Below, piece by piece: positions 1 through 9,032 of a stretch of 33,565 nucleotides of DNA. Positions within the stretch are counted from its first letter, which is position 1; every line of letters begins with the position of its first letter. A model generated the notes under the pieces. That model had not been told where the DNA came from. It did no database searches and worked only from the letters and a program-made list of their open reading frames with translations. The stretch is from the NCBI GenBank assembly GCA_046758445.1, contig JBHIAE010000030.1, positions 1 to 33,565 of the forward strand. The letters run 5' to 3'. Position numbers and translations under genes: made by a program. Source of the DNA: Candidatus Thorarchaeota archaeon. GTDB lineage: Archaea > Asgardarchaeota > Thorarchaeia > Thorarchaeales > Thorarchaeaceae.

Positions 1-957
1 TTGATTTCTATGGTTCTGTTCTTCGTTGTTTGGGGTCTGGGTTGGCTCCTGGAACGCCTTTCTCAGGCACTTCTTAGCACAACAAGGAATCCGGGTTCAA
101 GATCCTGGTACCTGCTGGTGGGGCCTGGCGTAGCACTCCATGAGTCATCACATGCTCTGGGTTGCGTATTCACACGGACCAAGGTTGTAGAGTTCAAACC
201 TATCAACGTGACTGAGCAGGATGACAGAGTGGTTCTGGGATACGTACGCTACGTCAACCCGGAGAGCACTATCAAGCGAGCCATAATCAATCTTGCTCCA
301 GTAGCGGTGTCGCTGGTGCTGCTGATTTTCTTTGCATTGGGGGCCACATATCTTGTACCTGAGTCGCCAGGCATTGGGGGAGAGGCACTGAATCTGCTGC
401 AGGACTTGATCGACTTGAAGTCGAACCCGACGATTCTTGCTGATCCCACGTATCCGCTTACACAGATTGGAAGCTTTGTCTATCTGTTCCTCTACACATT
501 TGCAGGGCTCACTGTGATCAGCCCCGTCTTCTGGATTGTCGCGTTTCTAGCTATGACCATTATGTTCAGCAATGCCCCGTCTGAGGTAGATATCAGGAAC
601 GCGGTCGGGGGTCTGAAGTACATCATCCTGTTTGACTTGATTTGGCTGGTGGTGGCCTACTTCGTACCCGGAGCGGGTTGGCTGCTTCCGGGACTCTTTG
701 AACTGACTGCAGTGATGTTTGCACTAGCATTGGCCTTTGCGGCTGTTGCCTACGGATTCTTCATTCTTGTAGCAGCAATGGCAAGGATTAGGGCACCGTT
801 TCAGCTGATACCCTTTCTGGCATGTCTTCTGACTGGCATAGCCCTTTGGTACTTCTCAATAGGTACCGCCGCTTTTCAAACAGTTGCTGCCCTCGCTGTA
901 TTCATCGTTCTGATACTCCCAATGCTCGCAACAGGGAGTCTAAGGGCAAGAGGGTAA
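1..957 (+). CDS. Membrane-embedded HExxH zinc metallopeptidase-like protein (M50/M50B-like); may be 5'-truncated by the window edge
   Basis: ALHESSHALGC HExxH motif within a hydrophobic segment, followed by NLAP and SNAPSEVD motifs; multiple TM helices. Confidence 0.7.
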   Translation: MISMVLFFVVWGLGWLLERLSQALLSTTRNPGSRSWYLLVGPGVALHESSHALGCVFTRTKVVEFKPINVTEQDDRVVLGYVRYVNPESTIKRAIINLAPVAVSLVLLIFFALGATYLVPESPGIGGEALNLLQDLIDLKSNPTILADPTYPLTQIGSFVYLFLYTFAGLTVISPVFWIVAFLAMTIMFSNAPSEVDIRNAVGGLKYIILFDLIWLVVAYFVPGAGWLLPGLFELTAVMFALALAFAAVAYGFFILVAAMARIRAPFQLIPFLACLLTGIALWYFSIGTAAFQTVAALAVFIVLILPMLATGSLRARG

Positions 958-1005
958 TACCTGCCCTCTTATTCTGTTTCAGTCGATGATACTCGGGTAT
1001 TGGGT

Positions 1006-1353
1006 ATGGCAAAGATACACATTGTTCGTCGTCCTTCTCTCATCAGCCCTCGGCACCTCTTGCGTTACGTGTTCACCACAGAGATGCAGGTTGAACAGGC
1101 GGCAAAGATTCTGAACCAGATAGTAGATTCAAATGGAGTCGTCCCGGACAGCGACTGGAGAAGATTTGTCATGTCAAGTCGCGGTCTCTATGTTAAGGTG
1201 ATGAGAAAGCTGCGTGATGTGGGTCTCGTGGAGAAGCGAATGGGCGAGTTCAGATTGGCTAACGATTTCTCCAACTCGCTGGGTAAGATGGCTGAATACT
1301 GGACTCAGATTGTTAGCTCTTATCAGGGTGGAGATAGGGCAATAGCTTTCTAG
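1006..1353 (+). CDS. Small hypothetical protein, probable winged helix-turn-helix fold
   Basis: SRGLYVKVMRKLRDVGLVEKRMGEFRL resembles a wHTH recognition helix plus wing; ATG at 1006 (alternative TTG at 1000). Confidence 0.6.
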   Translation: MAKIHIVRRPSLISPRHLLRYVFTTEMQVEQAAKILNQIVDSNGVVPDSDWRRFVMSSRGLYVKVMRKLRDVGLVEKRMGEFRLANDFSNSLGKMAEYWTQIVSSYQGGDRAIAF

Positions 1354-1363
1354 GACCAGAGTA

Positions 1364-2947
1364 TCAGTCTACCTTGACCTCTCCTTCCTTGAGTTTGAGG
1401 TTTCGAAGTGTCGAAACTGCCCGGTCACCCTTCAGTTTCAGGACGCCTAGCTTGTCAAGTTGCCTGACCCACTTTGTCACCAGACCAACCGGCTGTCCTA
1501 TAGACTTGGCAAGTTCTGCAAGTGTGACGGAACCAACTTCGTCCACCATGACGAGCACTTTCATGTTTGACTCGGTATTCATGACCTGGATATAGCGCTT
1601 GGTTCTTTCATCTGCGAGGTTTCTCTGTTCAAGGGCGATATCTCTCTCCTTCTCCATGAGCCTGGTTGCCGTCTCGAACGCTTCTTTCTGCATCTCTAGC
1701 ATTGGAATCTTGTCTTGAGTTGTCTTCAGTTCTCCCTCCAAGTCATAGACGCGCTGTTCTAGATCCTTTATGCCCTTAATCTTGTCCTGTATTGAATCCA
1801 GTTCATCTCGGCGAGCTTGACTTTCCTTCTCCGCGGCGTCTTTCTCTGTTTCAAGACTCTTAGTTAGGCGTTCGAGCTCCTTTATCTGAGCGACACTCTT
1901 GTCTGCCTCAGCTCTCTTCTCTTCAACCGTCTGCTCAAGCAGCGAGATCTTGGACTCAAGTGCCTTGTACTCGGCGTCAGTCTTGGTGCTGGTTGTCTTT
2001 GCCGCGGTGGCTTCAGCCTTGTAGACCTCAACTTCACTCTGGGCCTCGCCGAGCTTCATCGTGAGCTCTTCCATTTCGCCTTGGACTGATGAGAGCTCCT
2101 TGCTGGTCGTTTCAATCATTGAGTCCTTCTTCGCAATGTCCTGTCTGAGTGCCTCAACCTTCTCATCGTACTCGGCAAGCTTAAGCTTTAGCTCCTCTGT
2201 TATGGTGTCCGCTGTCTTAGCCGTGTCTAGTTGGGACTGAAGTGTCTTGATCTCGCGTTCAAGCTTAGCAATCTCTGTGTTCTTCGCTTCCAGCCCCTCT
2301 TGGAGAGAAACTCCATCTTCTTCAAGACTGGTCATGAACGATCTTACAATATCCTGTTGCTCAACAATCGTTGTCCTTAGGTCCAGCTCCGACTCTCTCA
2401 CCCGTTGGGCAAACTCCTTGAATCGTTCCTGAGTCTGTTCGACAATACGATCCACGAGCTCTCTCTCCAACGCTGCGAACTCATTATCGACGATGTCAAC
2501 GAAAGTGGATTCGATGAAAGTCTTGAAGAACTTCATCCGAAGCCGTTCTACCATCTCTTCTGAGATTCGAGACTTGAGTTCGACAACCTTGCCTCTGAAA
2601 GTGAGCAGCTGAGCGGCAAAGACGCCTACCACTCCTCTCTGAAGTGAAGATATGTCCGAACGCAATGTTTCCAGCTTCTTGAGAAGGGCATCGAAACCTG
2701 CCACCGCTTCCTCCCCTTCCAGCGGACTCTCACGACCCTCCGGAATCTCCATTCCTTCTACGAACTCGAGGGCAACCGCTGCCGCCGATAGCAAATCATC
2801 ACTCGAATCCACAGGCATCATCAAGGGTTCAGACTCATCTAGGCCTTGAGCCATGCCCTGGACTTCTAAATCATCAAGGGCCGCTTTTCGAAGTGACTTT
2901 TGGAGCTCTTCCTTCTCATCATCAGTCAGTTTATCGTCAGGTGACAT
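1364..2947 (-). CDS. Long coiled-coil protein with C-terminal winged-helix domain
   Basis: ~350 aa of E/K/L-rich heptad sequence; C-terminal GSVTLAELAKSIGQPVGLVTKWVRQLDKLGVLKL is wHTH-like; no Walker motifs. Confidence 0.75.
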   Translation of the reverse strand: MSPDDKLTDDEKEELQKSLRKAALDDLEVQGMAQGLDESEPLMMPVDSSDDLLSAAAVALEFVEGMEIPEGRESPLEGEEAVAGFDALLKKLETLRSDISSLQRGVVGVFAAQLLTFRGKVVELKSRISEEMVERLRMKFFKTFIESTFVDIVDNEFAALERELVDRIVEQTQERFKEFAQRVRESELDLRTTIVEQQDIVRSFMTSLEEDGVSLQEGLEAKNTEIAKLEREIKTLQSQLDTAKTADTITEELKLKLAEYDEKVEALRQDIAKKDSMIETTSKELSSVQGEMEELTMKLGEAQSEVEVYKAEATAAKTTSTKTDAEYKALESKISLLEQTVEEKRAEADKSVAQIKELERLTKSLETEKDAAEKESQARRDELDSIQDKIKGIKDLEQRVYDLEGELKTTQDKIPMLEMQKEAFETATRLMEKERDIALEQRNLADERTKRYIQVMNTESNMKVLVMVDEVGSVTLAELAKSIGQPVGLVTKWVRQLDKLGVLKLKGDRAVSTLRNLKLKEGEVKVD

Positions 2948-3111
2948 GTCAATCCCTCAGGAGCCGACCAAGATGAACTGAACAACCTGCTACTTCATAA
3001 GGTTTGTGAGACTGTAGGTGGAAAAGTACAGGGTTTCACTTTGGGGGGGCGCCTACGGGCTTCGGGAAAATGAAAGGCCTTATGAGAAGTTCCTTTTCAA
3101 TAGCGCTGACA

Positions 3112-4341
3112 ATGCCTTCAGAAGAGCCTCTTCTCAAGGGGAAGACCGTCGCCGTGATTGGCTTCAACGCAAGACCCCTTGCATGCTCGGCTAGACGAGC
3201 CGGAGCAGAAGTGATAGTATCCGACTACTGGGGAGACGAAGACCTAGCTGACTGCTCTTCTCAATGGAAAGCAGTCTTGGCGCCTGAGCGTGGTCAAAGA
3301 CAAAGAAGGTCCCTTGAAGAACCTCCTCATGAGACACTCGCAAGGAATCTGCTCGAAAGTATCCAGGGCAGGCAAGTCGACTTTGTATTCGTAGGAAGTG
3401 GCTTCGACGACAATACGAATTCGCTGAGGTTGTTGGAGAGGGAAGTTCCAATAACTGGCAATTCTAGTGACTTAATGTCGAAGTCTCGCGACTTTGAGGC
3501 TCTCTCCAGACTTGCCCACGAGTTGAATCTAGGATTTCCTATCAGATTGACGGCAAAGAGTGTGGCTGAGGCACTTGACCTGTGTGAGGAGATTGGCTAT
3601 CCTTGCGTGATACGACCTCCTAGATCTGGTGGCGGCAGAGGTATCACTCTAGTTTCGAATCCGGTCCAGGCCGAATCAGTGTCGTGGAAGCTGGAATTTG
3701 ATGAAACTGTGGAAGAGATTGTTGTCCAAGAATACATTCAAGGGATAGATGCAAGTTGCAGCGTTCTCTCGACCGGCGATGGTGCGAAGGCTGTGTCGGT
3801 TCAAGGGCAGCTAATTGGAATACCTTCTTCCGGTCGGCACAATGACTTCGTATACTCCGGCAACTACATTCCATTTGAAGTAACTGGAGTCGCGAAGAAC
3901 AAGATCGAACGAGCATCAGAGCAGATTTGTGAAAGCTTCAAGCTGGTTGGCTCAAATGGCGTAGATTTCGTGGTGGACAACAATGGCTCGGTTTGGCTAT
4001 TGGAGGTCAATCCTCGTTTTCAAGGCACCTTGGAAATGTTGGAACACTCAGGCAATGTTTCGATGACCGAACTTCACGCATCAGCATGCTTGGGTGACCT
4101 CCCGTCTCAAGTGCCTACCTTTGTCCCTGCGGTAAGACTTGTCGTATTCGCAAGGAGAACGGGGTTGACTCCTGACCTCTCCAGTTATCCAAGTGCAGTT
4201 GACAGGACTCCCAAGGGTGTGCTAGTGAAACGTGGTGACCCAGTTTGCTCCTTGGTCCTTAGAGGAGAGTCTCTGGCATCATGCTACCTAGAAGCCATGT
4301 CAGTCGCCACGTCAATCCAGAATGGTGTCACTCCTCCTTAG
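3112..4341 (+). CDS. ATP-grasp carboligase (COG2232-like; family associated with H4MPT/methanofuran C1 pathways)
   Basis: GYPCVIRP..GGGRG, VQEYIQG, GSNGVDF, LEVNPRFQGT ATP-grasp motifs; N-terminal GFNARPLA..A..AG and DYWGDEDL; start uncertain (3070 or 3112). Confidence 0.8.
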   Translation: MPSEEPLLKGKTVAVIGFNARPLACSARRAGAEVIVSDYWGDEDLADCSSQWKAVLAPERGQRQRRSLEEPPHETLARNLLESIQGRQVDFVFVGSGFDDNTNSLRLLEREVPITGNSSDLMSKSRDFEALSRLAHELNLGFPIRLTAKSVAEALDLCEEIGYPCVIRPPRSGGGRGITLVSNPVQAESVSWKLEFDETVEEIVVQEYIQGIDASCSVLSTGDGAKAVSVQGQLIGIPSSGRHNDFVYSGNYIPFEVTGVAKNKIERASEQICESFKLVGSNGVDFVVDNNGSVWLLEVNPRFQGTLEMLEHSGNVSMTELHASACLGDLPSQVPTFVPAVRLVVFARRTGLTPDLSSYPSAVDRTPKGVLVKRGDPVCSLVLRGESLASCYLEAMSVATSIQNGVTPP

Positions 4342-4466
4342 TATGGTCCTGAACTGTTTGATGCAGCAATGGTCAACAACATTAGTACAGTGCCGTGTGT
4401 AGAGAGTCGGCAAATGTATATGAGTCCAAGTGCACATCAGATGCAGCTGTTGAGGAGCCTAATTTC

Positions 4467-5489
4467 ATGAGGGTTTGCTCGAAGTGTAACAAGGCGAATC
4501 TGCCAACTCGGAAGTACTGTATTCGATGTGGTACTACACTCATTACTCCTCCCAAGAGGGCCCGCGCCGAAACATCACCTGCGGCAGAAGTTCCCGAGAT
4601 CGGGAAAGTGACAACGGAGGCATCAATCGCAAGAGAGGCCGAAGCAGCAAGAGTAACGACCGATGACCGCTGGGTTCGTCCAAGCGAAGTTGCGAAGAAT
4701 CGAGTTCGTGCCGCTGCAAAAGCAAAACGCAAGACAGAGCTCGAGAAGGCTCAGGAGGCATTTGCCAGAGCGGAGGAGGTCGGAATTGAGGAAGAGGGAT
4801 CTGGAGTAATAGAAACTCGGATGCTCCGGGCCAGCGAGGTCAGAGAGCTCCTCGAAACATCGGCTGAGCTGGAAGCAGAAGTGTCATCTCCAGAGGTTCC
4901 CGCACCAAGGATGATGGAAGGATCAGAGCCCCAACCTCCAGAGGCAGCTGAGCTAATGAAACCTGAAGTGACAAAGCCGGAAGAGGTTGAAGAGCAGATT
5001 CTCGGAGCCAAATCGGCATTTGTCGCGCCAAAAGAAGAAGCACCGTCGGAAGTTACTGGACCTCCATCAGAAACTGGCTTCTCTCCGAGTGTTTCAGACG
5101 ATTTCACATCTGCAAAGTACGAACAGGTAGAGGCAGCTCCCGGAGTCACCTCCCCTTCTGACATTCCAGAAGTACAAGCTGAAACTGTGGCATCTCCTTC
5201 AGCCACAGGGCAAGCACCAGGAGCCGCTCTAGAGCAAGGACTTGACAGTGTAACTATATGCCAGAAGTGTGGAGAGGCCACAAACGTCGATATGTTCGAG
5301 TACCCGGCAGAAGTCTATAGTGCCATGGGAGCTGCTCGATTGAAGCAGGCCAGATTCATGGTCGTACAGGGGAAGTCCGAAGAGACAGCGCAAGTTCTTC
5401 GGATAGCGATAGGAATGTTCCTGAAGGCAAATGACGAAACTGGTCTCGCAGAAACGAAGCGTCTGGTCGATTCACTCACGCAGGGTTAG
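4467..5489 (+). CDS. Zinc-ribbon protein with acidic low-complexity linker and C-terminal CxxC plus helical domain
   Basis: CSKC...CIRC directly after ATG 4467, which is preceded by GAGGAG; E/P/S/A-rich middle; CQKC near the C-terminus. Confidence 0.7.
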   Translation: MRVCSKCNKANLPTRKYCIRCGTTLITPPKRARAETSPAAEVPEIGKVTTEASIAREAEAARVTTDDRWVRPSEVAKNRVRAAAKAKRKTELEKAQEAFARAEEVGIEEEGSGVIETRMLRASEVRELLETSAELEAEVSSPEVPAPRMMEGSEPQPPEAAELMKPEVTKPEEVEEQILGAKSAFVAPKEEAPSEVTGPPSETGFSPSVSDDFTSAKYEQVEAAPGVTSPSDIPEVQAETVASPSATGQAPGAALEQGLDSVTICQKCGEATNVDMFEYPAEVYSAMGAARLKQARFMVVQGKSEETAQVLRIAIGMFLKANDETGLAETKRLVDSLTQG

Positions 5490-6281
5490 CTAGGCTCTAA
5501 GCCAAATCTCCATGAACCTGGCCCTCTCCTCAGGAAATCTTGAGGGGTCTTTGCACATCATCAAGAATCTTCCAGAATACGAGCGTTGTTTGAGGTCTCT
5601 GAGAATGGGCTCGAAATCTATCGAGCCTCCTCCAATACAAAGATGCTCATCGTATCTTCTGGCAATCACAAGCATCTCTTCTCTAGATACTGTCCTCTCG
5701 TTTCGCAATTGGCGCACTTCTTCGACCATCTTCATTCCATTGTTGTCGTGAATGTTGGCCATTCTGATCCGATCATAGAACGACTGGACTATTCCAGGGG
5801 CTCGATTCCTCAGCGCCATGATCTGACCGTGGCCAATATCGAGAGAGATGTCAATCAGTGGACATCTGTCCAGTAGCAGCGACAGCTCAGTATAGTACAG
5901 CCCAAGCGTTTCGACTGCAAGCTTCACTCCTCTCTCTCGTGCAGCATCGCAGACAAGCGGAAAGGACTCCAAGAATTCGTCGATTTCTCTGTCGCTGTAA
6001 AATAGTGTCGACAGTGCAGTATGGCATGTCACGAGTTCAGCTCCAATCTCCGATCCTATATCGACGAAGGGTACAATCTCCCTTGCGATGTCCATCGGCC
6101 TCCAGCATGGATCACTTGGAAGATGTAGAGTACAGCTAATGCCAGAATCTGATAGCATCTTCGTGACCTCCCTAAAGTCTAGGCTATAGTTGAAGTCCAT
6201 CCTTAGGTCAATGAAGTCTGGTTCATGAGGGATGGCATTCTTCACCTGATCTGTATGCCTAGCAAAGGTCCCGATCTGCAC
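5490..6281 (-). CDS. Xylose isomerase-like TIM barrel / sugar phosphate isomerase-epimerase family (AP_endonuc_2)
   Basis: TLHLP, AVE, LDIGH, HDNNG...DEHL.IGGGSIDF motifs. Confidence 0.75.
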   Translation of the reverse strand: MQIGTFARHTDQVKNAIPHEPDFIDLRMDFNYSLDFREVTKMLSDSGISCTLHLPSDPCWRPMDIAREIVPFVDIGSEIGAELVTCHTALSTLFYSDREIDEFLESFPLVCDAARERGVKLAVETLGLYYTELSLLLDRCPLIDISLDIGHGQIMALRNRAPGIVQSFYDRIRMANIHDNNGMKMVEEVRQLRNERTVSREEMLVIARRYDEHLCIGGGSIDFEPILRDLKQRSYSGRFLMMCKDPSRFPEERARFMEIWLRA

Positions 6282-6467
6282 GGAGCGCCACCTAGCACGA
6301 GGTCATTGAGAGTGGCTTTTGTGGGTTTTGGTCGCATGAATGAGCAATTCTCTCTTGAATCAGGCAGATTTATTGCTCAGAATTCAAACACGTCATGCAC
6401 CCCCGTAATCATTATTAGATGAGCAATGAATCGTGTCCAAACAACCTGTTTGTGGAGAGTCTGAATC

Positions 6468-7001
6468 CTGCCGGAGAACATCGCCTACCTGTTCAAGCTT
6501 GTATTCTTGGGTGAGGGGGCAGTAGGCAAGACTAGTCTAGTCGGGCGCTATGTGTACGATTCTTTCGAGGGTGACTATCTTGCAACCATCGGCACCGACA
6601 TTCACGTGAAGACGGTGCAGGTTGACGATACCGCAGTCAAGCTTGTAGTCTGGGACATTGCTGGTCAGGATGATTTCGCACAACTCAGAAAGGCCTATTA
6701 TCAGAACGCTTCAGGAGCGTTCTTTGTATACGACTGCACTCGTCCAGATACCATCTCCCGCATGGAAGAGTGGATAGATGCCCTTTTTGCGGTAACAGAC
6801 AAGATACCACTAGTCCTTGTTGAGAACAAGATCGACCTCGATTCAAAGATCGATAAGAAGGACGTAGCGAAGACCATTAAGAAGCACAAGTTGACACATA
6901 TCAGAACTAGTGCCAAGGAAGACACCAACGTAGAAGAGGCCTTCATGCAGATGACTCGGGAGATACTTGAGCGAACCCGGAACAAGGAGCCCGAAATCTG
7001 A
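6468..7001 (+). CDS. Rab-like small GTPase (Ras superfamily)
   Basis: G1 GEGAVGKTS, G2 TIG, G3 WDIAGQ, G4 NKID, G5 SAK; the beta1 strand YLFKLVFL lies upstream of the ORF-track start, so the true start is probably CTG 6468. Confidence 0.92.
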   Translation: MPENIAYLFKLVFLGEGAVGKTSLVGRYVYDSFEGDYLATIGTDIHVKTVQVDDTAVKLVVWDIAGQDDFAQLRKAYYQNASGAFFVYDCTRPDTISRMEEWIDALFAVTDKIPLVLVENKIDLDSKIDKKDVAKTIKKHKLTHIRTSAKEDTNVEEAFMQMTREILERTRNKEPEI

Positions 7002-7062
7002 CTTTCATTGCATAGCGGAAGCTTAACATATGAATCTTCTATACTTTGATAGGGGTGCCACC

Positions 7063-7575
7063 GTGTCCGACCCGGACTTTGTCTACAAATTTGTCTTCCT
7101 CGGTGACTCAGGTGTGGGCAAGACCTCTCTGGTTCAGAGGTACGTGTATGACAGTATGGACCCCGATATTGGTCGGACCATCGGAGCGATTCTTCACGTG
7201 AAGACAGTCAGGCTTGATGATACCCACTACAAGCTCATCTGCTGGGACATAGCAGGCCAAGAGTCATTCAGGCAGATGCGTATGCAGTATTGCGCCAATG
7301 CCAGCGGGGCATTCTTTGTATTCGACCGTACTCGCCCGGAAACACTTGGAAGCATTGACGGATGGTTAGAGTCTTTGTACTCATCTACTGGCAAGGTTCC
7401 AGTTGTGGTCCTCGAGAACAAGATTGACTTGGACCCCGCGGTTTCGATGGAAGACGTTAAGCGCGAGATAGAAAAGAGAGGCCTTAGATTCGTACAGACG
7501 AGTGCAACTGAGGGTCGAAACGTGAACCAGGCCTTCGAGGAGCTTGTTAGGAGCGCCAGGTCTCGGAAGTCCTAA
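7063..7575 (+). CDS. Rab-like small GTPase (tandem paralog)
   Basis: GDSGVGKTS, TIG, WDIAGQ, NKID, SAT; GTG 7063 preceded by SD-like GGGGTG. Confidence 0.92.
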   Translation: MSDPDFVYKFVFLGDSGVGKTSLVQRYVYDSMDPDIGRTIGAILHVKTVRLDDTHYKLICWDIAGQESFRQMRMQYCANASGAFFVFDRTRPETLGSIDGWLESLYSSTGKVPVVVLENKIDLDPAVSMEDVKREIEKRGLRFVQTSATEGRNVNQAFEELVRSARSRKS

Positions 7576-8267
7576 TGAGGTGCGTCGGGCGAGCTACCTT
7601 TGTAGGCAAGGCCCAACTTTCGTTTCTTGCCAGTGACCATGTATACAGCTCTCTCCGCTATTGAGAAGGCCTGGTCAGCCGCCCTCTCGCAGTATCGACC
7701 AACAATCACATAGAACATGGCCATTGTAGTTATGTCGGTCCGTTTCCTGAGGTACTCAGCAATCTCCTCGAACATCTCTGAGGTTTCTTTGTCGCTGGCA
7801 GCCTCCATCTTCTCCAACTCGTCTATTTCCGAAAGATCACCATTGAGGATCCCATTCATTGCAATGTTGAGAGTCTTATTAGCGAGCTCTGCCATGTAGG
7901 GTAGAGACTCCAATTCCTTGAAGTGTTCAAGCCCTTCACAAAGCTTCACAATGTGAGCAATCTTGTATGCATACCTGCCTACTCTATACAGATGATGCGC
8001 GACCTGTAGATAGGTTGCGAGTCGTCTGAGGTCTGATGCCACAGGTTGACGCCTCGCGATCGTTTCAAAGACATTAGCCTCAACCTTCTCGACGAGCTCA
8101 TCGATACTATTAGACTTCTCTTTCACAAGTGCTGCCTGCTGAGGGTTGAGGTTCTCAAATGCGACCATTGATTCGCTGAATGCTCCACTGGATACCTCGT
8201 GCAGATGTTTGATCCGACTCGCAATCTCATTAATCCGAATCTCTAGCTGTGTTTCAGTCTTCTTCAA
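7572..8267 (-). CDS. phoU: Phosphate transport regulatory protein PhoU
   Basis: ARRQPVASDLR and ERAAD motifs in two helical repeats; last gene of the pst operon. Confidence 0.93.
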   Translation of the reverse strand: MKKTETQLEIRINEIASRIKHLHEVSSGAFSESMVAFENLNPQQAALVKEKSNSIDELVEKVEANVFETIARRQPVASDLRRLATYLQVAHHLYRVGRYAYKIAHIVKLCEGLEHFKELESLPYMAELANKTLNIAMNGILNGDLSEIDELEKMEAASDKETSEMFEEIAEYLRKRTDITTMAMFYVIVGRYCERAADQAFSIAERAVYMVTGKKRKLGLAYKGSSPDAPH

Positions 8268-9029
8268 TTACCCAATCCTCCCTGTAATGAATGCCTCTGT
8301 CCTTTCATCGGTAGGGGCTTCTGCAATCCTACTGGTCTTGTCAAACTCTACCAACTCTCCAAGGTACAAGAACGCAGCCTGGTCAGAAACTCGGAACGCC
8401 TGTTGCACATTGTGTGTGACGAGTATGATGGTATAGTCCTCCTTCAATCTGACAATTAGCTCTTCAATCTTCCCAGCGCTCATGGGGTCCAGTGCTGAAA
8501 CCGGCTCGTCCATCAAGAGGACTGGAGGATCAACTGAGAGCGCCCTGGCAATGCAGAGCCTTTGCTGTTGTCCTCCTGAGAGATTCGGTGCAGGTTCTTC
8601 CAATGAGTCCTTTACTTCGTCCCATAGTGCGGCTCTCTTCAGCGAATCTTTCAGAATCCTTTCCAACTTGCTCTCGTCCTTGGTCCCATGAAGCTTAGGT
8701 CCATAGGTAACATTCTCCCTAACGCTCATGGGAAAGGGGTTCGGTCGTTGAAACACCATTCCGACCTTTCTCCTGAGCTCGTAGACATCTGCGTCTATCG
8801 CATAGACATTCTCTCCCTCAAGAAGAATCTCCCCTGACATTCTAAAGCTGCCAATCGTGTCGTTGAGCCTGTTTATGCTCCTCAGGAATGTAGACTTACC
8901 ACAGCCGCTAGGACCCATGACTGCTGTGACAGAGTTGTCTTCAAAATAGCAGCTTATGTCTTTCAGTATCTTCTTCGCACCAAACCACGTGGTCAGATTT
9001 CTGGCCTCAATCTTGTGTTCGTACGCCAT
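8268..9029 (-). CDS. pstB: Phosphate ABC transporter ATP-binding protein
   Basis: GPSGCGKST, VFQRPNPFPMS, LSGGQQQRLCIAR, LLMDEP. Confidence 0.96.
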   Translation of the reverse strand: MAYEHKIEARNLTTWFGAKKILKDISCYFEDNSVTAVMGPSGCGKSTFLRSINRLNDTIGSFRMSGEILLEGENVYAIDADVYELRRKVGMVFQRPNPFPMSVRENVTYGPKLHGTKDESKLERILKDSLKRAALWDEVKDSLEEPAPNLSGGQQQRLCIARALSVDPPVLLMDEPVSALDPMSAGKIEELIVRLKEDYTIILVTHNVQQAFRVSDQAAFLYLGELVEFDKTSRIAEAPTDERTEAFITGRIG

Positions 9030-9032
9030 GTT

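Noticed and set aside
1364-2947. SMC/Rad50 ATPase
   Set aside because: No Walker A/B or signature motifs, and no hinge or zinc hook
3112-4341. ATP-grasp protein as PylC
   Set aside because: N-terminal motifs fit the COG2232-like family and no pylB/D/S genes are adjacent
4382-5281. Antisense ORFs over the zinc-ribbon gene, and similar shadow ORFs elsewhere
   Set aside because: Overlap better-supported genes on the opposite strand and lack motifs
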